Made by a program: the position numbers and the translations under genes. From the NCBI RefSeq assembly GCF_902652985.1, contig NC_047015.1:38812001-38876000 (forward strand): a stretch of DNA of 64,000 nucleotides. Reading direction: 5' to 3'. The notes under the pieces were generated by a model, which worked only from the letters and a program-made list of their open reading frames with translations, was not told the DNA's origin and made no database searches. Positions 49,437-64,000 of this stretch are shown here, one piece after another. This DNA is from Pecten maximus. Taxonomy: Eukaryota. Each line of letters begins with the position of its first letter. Positions within the stretch are counted from its first letter, which is position 1.

Positions 49437-50460
49437 AATGTGAAGCCCAGAAGAAGTATGAATTTTTCAGCTCGCCTTTTTCTAAAGGACTAGATGCAAG
49501 TTTATGCTTTTGCGTGACATCTGTCGCTTAATCTTTGGTGGAGTTTGTTTTGACTAAATAAAGCCTGGAGCATTAATGGGTGAAGGAAACTCTGATGATG
49601 TATAAAAAAGATCGTGAACTTGCTCGTCATTCAAGCCACCCTATCCCCTGGAGGCAGAGGGTTGCTACTCATGATGTAAATTTTGATATACATGTACTTT
49701 CATATTGATAAAATAATATCATGTGTAATCAACCAGATTTGATCTACAGCATCTTAGGGTGAAGTAGGTTTAATAAACAGAGTGTAGCCCTATGAGGGCA
49801 GGGGGACATGGCCCAACTCGGTAAGTTTGGATTTTGAGGTTTTTATTTTTACCCAAATTTGCTATGAATCGTCCAAGAAAGTAGTAATTTCACTTTGGAA
49901 CAAAAATTAAAATCCAAAGTGGGGAAATCTGTGCTACAGTATAATTACTATAAATGACCACATAGTAATACATTCATGAGGCCGAAGGGCCTTATATGTA
50001 AAAGCTAACCAGATAATATAGAACAGTACATGTATAAGAAAATAGCCCTGCTATTTGAGATTTACCAGGTAATCTCTATCAAATCATGGAAGCATTCGAG
50101 ACCCAAACTCGCATGCACACACTGGACATGAAAAGTCAAACAAATCATGCTTCTGTGATTAACAACCCAAGGGTCTGCCTTTCCCCTGGAGACAATCCCA
50201 GGATCCTAAGATGTAAACAGTTGAGATCCCAACAATATTAGTATTTAAATGCACTTGTCACCATATGTTCATAATTTGGAAATTGACATCCCCACCTCGG
50301 AACCATAATGAAGTCCAATAAGAATGAAAAGAAAATATTAATCATGTTATAATTTTCACAAATCTTGACAAGAGCACTTTTGCTACCATGATATGCCCAG
50401 ACCCTTGAAGTTTAGTTACTGGATCATACCATGAAAATGTTTGAGATTACAACCAAATTC

Positions 50461-50665
50461 AGGGCTGTGTTGGCTGTTTCCGACACTTTATCACTAGCCC
50501 TCCACCTCTGGGTCACAAGTGCGAAAGCCATGTGGGGCACTTGCCTGGTACTAACTGTAGGCCGGTGGTATTGCTCCGGGTACTCCGGCTTTCCTTCACC
50601 TCCAAAACCTGGCACGTCCTTAAATGACCCTGGCTGTTAATAGGACATTAAATAAAATAAACCTA
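50461..50665 (+). mobile_element. SINE, same family as 49211
   Basis: Colinear similarity; decayed head. Confidence 0.85.
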
Positions 50666-51260
50666 ATCACAACCACATACCTTGCTCAACAATCCTGAGA
50701 ATACAAAGACAAAAAAATACCACAAAATCAGGTTGGTTACAGAGTATACCCTAGTTCTTGTCCTAGTTCTAGGATCATGTGGAAATAGAGATCACCTCCC
50801 TGAAAATATATCTACAATTGCTGGGTTTTATGAAACAAGTGCATTCAGGCTAAAGTGGACTGGACCCAATAATATTTTCTATACTTAGGGCAGGTGTAAT
50901 CGGAGCATTTTTCCTGAATTGCTTAAATATCCAGGTAAATGATACAGGTCCATTCCACCTCTTGTTACATGCTTTTCTTTCAATTCAAAAGATAAAATTC
51001 TAATAAAATGATAATGTTTTTGTTTTTTTATTACATTCAACATGACATTATAATGTAGCCAGACAGACTGTCAACAATGTCACATAATATCTTTATGATT
51101 TGTACTTCTCAGATCACAATGATTGAACACAAGTTGAGCTGAAACTAGCTTCTGTATACTTATGTTAACCACACAACAATGTCCATAAATAAGCACTTGG
51201 CATCTGTGGATCACAACATTCTTTAACAAAGCAATGTCCTAAAGTCTGGATCCAGTAGCA

Positions 51261-60879
<9,619 letters not shown>

Positions 60880-60940
60880 TTTCGCCGGGTTCTATGTATG
60901 CATCACGTGACCCACAACTTCCGTTGCGGCGCATTCGAAG
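60880..60940 (-). promoter_or_regulatory. PSMC3 core promoter region
   Basis: TCACGTGA palindrome at 60903-60910, ETS-like CGGAAGT, and YY1-like AAAATGGC overlapping the ATG. Confidence 0.5.
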
Positions 60941-61372
60941 AAGTCTCCATATGTTAAGGAATCGCGTTCGTTAATGACATTATTGTGAGTTCTTTATCTA
61001 ACCCACTATGTATAGACAGTGAACTATTTTGAAAGTAATATTTTTGTTGTAAAATACTACAAATAGCAATAAAAAATAAATAAAAAGTAAAATAAATAGA
61101 TACTCCTTTATCATATAGTTCAATTTTGTGTTCCGTTTTTATCCATTGATTTATCAACATAATGATAAAATGTTAAATTATAATCTAATGTTGAAAAAGA
61201 ATGCTTCAGAATCAATCAAATAGAGATTATTGCAATTACAAACATTGCAGATCTTGATAGTGGAATTTGCCCAATCATTTGGAGAAAACACTGTAATATT
61301 AGGCCTACATAATTGAAAATTATACAAATAAAATAAATCAAACAGTGATCATGAATGTGAGAATCTCCCTGA

Positions 61373-62479
61373 AACAAGAGATCACAGAGGGATCTTGGCG
61401 CCCACTATTGAATGATTCATAACTGTCAAAATGAAAGACTGATCATTTCTCTTCCTTTCCCTAATATAGCAATCTTCATTGAAAGCATTTAATATATCTT
61501 TATATAACATTATATAGCAGCGAGGCCCGCAACCTACAATTGTCAAAATCCTAGATGGCCATACTCTTTGTCATCCATTTTGTTCTTTCAATCAGACTTG
61601 CATGCACAACTGCAGACAAAGGGGGATCTCTACATTCAAATTTGAGAAAGACCCATAATAATTTATAGTACTTTAAGAAATTGTTAATGAAGTTTCAACT
61701 ATCTAAATCTAAAATGGCTGCCTATCGGGCATATTGTTGTTTTCGAATCGGTCCAAAAATAAAATAGCACAACAACGGACCTAAGGGAACTTACATATGA
61801 AATTTGAGAAAGATCCTTTTAGCACTTTCTAAAATATAGCAATAACAAACATTCAACTTGTCAAAATCCAAGATGCCCGCCTGTCAGCCATGTTGTTTTC
61901 CGATCGGTCCCAAAACATGCAATATACACAACTAGGTACCAAGAGGAACGTACATATGAAATGTGAGAAATATCCCTCGTTACTTACTGAGAAATTGCGA
62001 TAACAAACTTCAATTGTCAAAATCCAAGATGGCTACCTGTCGGCCATGTTGTTTTCCGATCGGTCCCAAAATGCAATATATATAACAAGGTACTAAGGGG
62101 AACTTACATATGTAATTTGAGAAAGATCCCTTCGGTACTTTCTGAGTAATGGCAATAACAAACTTCCATTGTCTAAATCCAAGATGGCCCCCTGTCAGCC
62201 ATGTTGTTTTCCGATCGGTGCCAAAACATGCAATATACACAACTAGGTACCAAGAGGAATGTACATATGAAATTTGAGAAAGATCCTTTCACAATCTTCT
62301 GATAAATAGTGATAACAAACTTCAATTGTCAAAATCCAAGATTGTCGCCTGTCGGCCATATTTGTTGTTTTCCAATCAGTCTTATTAGGGATAAAAAGAA
62401 TTTTTTAAGGAGGGACGGATGGACCAGGGACGCAAGGCGATTTGAATAGCCCGCCATCTGATGATGATGGTGGGCTAAA
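61373..62479 (-). mobile_element. HINE with ~155-bp repeats
   Basis: AACAAGAG end, repeats CAAAATCCAAGATGGC..CCGATCGGTCCC, GGAC microsatellite, TAGCCC..GGGCTA terminal hairpin. Confidence 0.85.
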
Positions 62480-62858
62480 ATGGCATTTTTTCTGATTTGA
62501 CCAATCAAAACACTGCTTACAAATGACAATGGGGAAAATTAAAAGCCGACCTTTTATATTTTGCTATGAAAATATGATAAACAGAAAATCTAACTGTATC
62601 TTCAGTAAAACCAAATATATTTCACTTGTACAACTAATATTTTGATATTTTATAATATGTTAAATGTCAAATGCCAAGGTAAATTAATGTTTTACATATT
62701 AACCAGTCAGGTCAGGAGACCAATGGTAACACACTTGCCTTTCACTAAGTGGCGGGGTTCGATTTTCCGATCCAACATGAAAAGGTATGGGGACACCTGT
62801 ACGATGACGTTTTCCCATAATATAATAAAGAACTTATTTTGTAATTGTTGTGAACTAA

Positions 62859-63928
62859 AACAAGAGGCCTTTGGGCCTTAACAGTCATCTGCCTTTAAAG
62901 ACCTTTATACTATTGTTTACATACTGTAATGTACAATGTAGCAAGTATAGTGGCACTGTTGGCCATGGCAGCCATCTCGGATTTCAGACTAACCCGAAAA
63001 ATAACAACACTTGATCAGGACCATCTCAGGATCATTTCTGGTAAGTTTGAACTGAATTCCACTGTTTGAACTTGAGAACTTTGAAATATGTTTTGTTCAG
63101 GAAATCCATGATTGTGCAATCATGTCACAAAATGGCCACCGTGGCTGCCATGTCCAACTTCTTATAAGGCTTAAAAATAACATTTTGTTGACTGCCCTTC
63201 CTTAACATCCTCACCAAATTCCAGCTCAATGGCACCACTGGAGAAGTTTAAAATGTGTTTTTCAAGATGGCAGCCATGATGGCCATCTTGGATTTCTGAT
63301 CGACTCGAAAAATAACAACACTTGGTCAAGACCATCTCAAGATCATTTCAGGCAAGTTTCAGCTCAATCCCACTATTGGAATATGAGAAGTTTGAAATGT
63401 GAAAAGTTTTGCACGATGGACGACGGACAAAGCATGCTGACTATAGGTCATCTAAAACAAGAGGCTCATAGGCCTTAGCGGTCATCTGACTATAAAGACC
63501 CTATACTATTGTAGTACACATACTCTGTAGCAAGTATAGTGGCACTCTTGGCTATGGCGGCCATCCTAGATTTCAGACCGACCCCCCCCCCCCCCAAAAA
63601 AAAACCCACACAGGACCATCTCAGGATCATTTCAGGTAAGTTAGAGCTGAATACCACTGATGGAACTTGAGAAATAGGTGTTGTTCAGGAAAACCATGAT
63701 GGTGCAATCATGTTACAAAATGGCTGTGTGACGGCCATATCAAAGTTTTTACGAGGCTGAAAAATAACAACACTTTGTTGGCTTCCCTTCCTTAAAACTC
63801 TCACCAATTTCCAGCTCAATGGCACCAGCGGAACTGGAGAAGTTTAAAATGTGTTTTTAAAGATGGCTGACATTGCGGCCATCTTGGATTTCTGACCGAC
63901 CTGAAAAATAACAACACTTGGTCAGGAT
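62859..63928 (-). mobile_element. Two head-to-tail HINE copies of the 38730 family
   Basis: AACAAGAGGC..GTCATCTG at 62859 and again at 63456; internal sequence is the reverse complement of 38730-39678. Confidence 0.85.
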
Positions 63929-64000
63929 GCACCTTTCTTGTCCGATGACCAAAAAAGTTGACTGTTTTATAAATAAAGCAACACAAGGAATAACTCTTAT

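Noticed and set aside
61396-61404. Second TGGCGCCCA PBS-like motif
   Set aside because: Part of a HINE subterminal sequence, with no adjacent LTR.

Overview
AT-rich, intron-rich animal DNA; the repeat families look like those of a bivalve mollusc (inference). Four protein-coding genes are visible: the first coding exon of a probable prominin-like gene (-), a complete 12-exon MKK4/MAP2K4 (+), a 4-exon SLC16/MCT-like MFS transporter (+) and a 13-exon PSMC3/Rpt5 (-) with an apparent 1-nt frameshift at exon 8. The rest is dense with mobile elements: many Helentron-type non-autonomous elements (HINE/DINE-like) with internal satellites, tRNA SINEs, a CR1-type LINE, Gypsy, pogo and piggyBac remnants, and several MITEs. 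The strongest findings are (1) a 348-bp miniature LTR retroelement (TRIM) in an MKK4 intron whose two LTRs each contain a tRNA-like Pol III gene, with a tRNA-Lys PBS, a polypurine tract and a 4-bp TSD, plus a diverged solo LTR of the same design at 35.4 kb; (2) a Penelope-like insertion that places an intact-looking hammerhead ribozyme in the sense strand of a PSMC3 intron; and (3) a TIR element built from a 22-bp double-palindrome array. All calls were made by eye, with no database searches.
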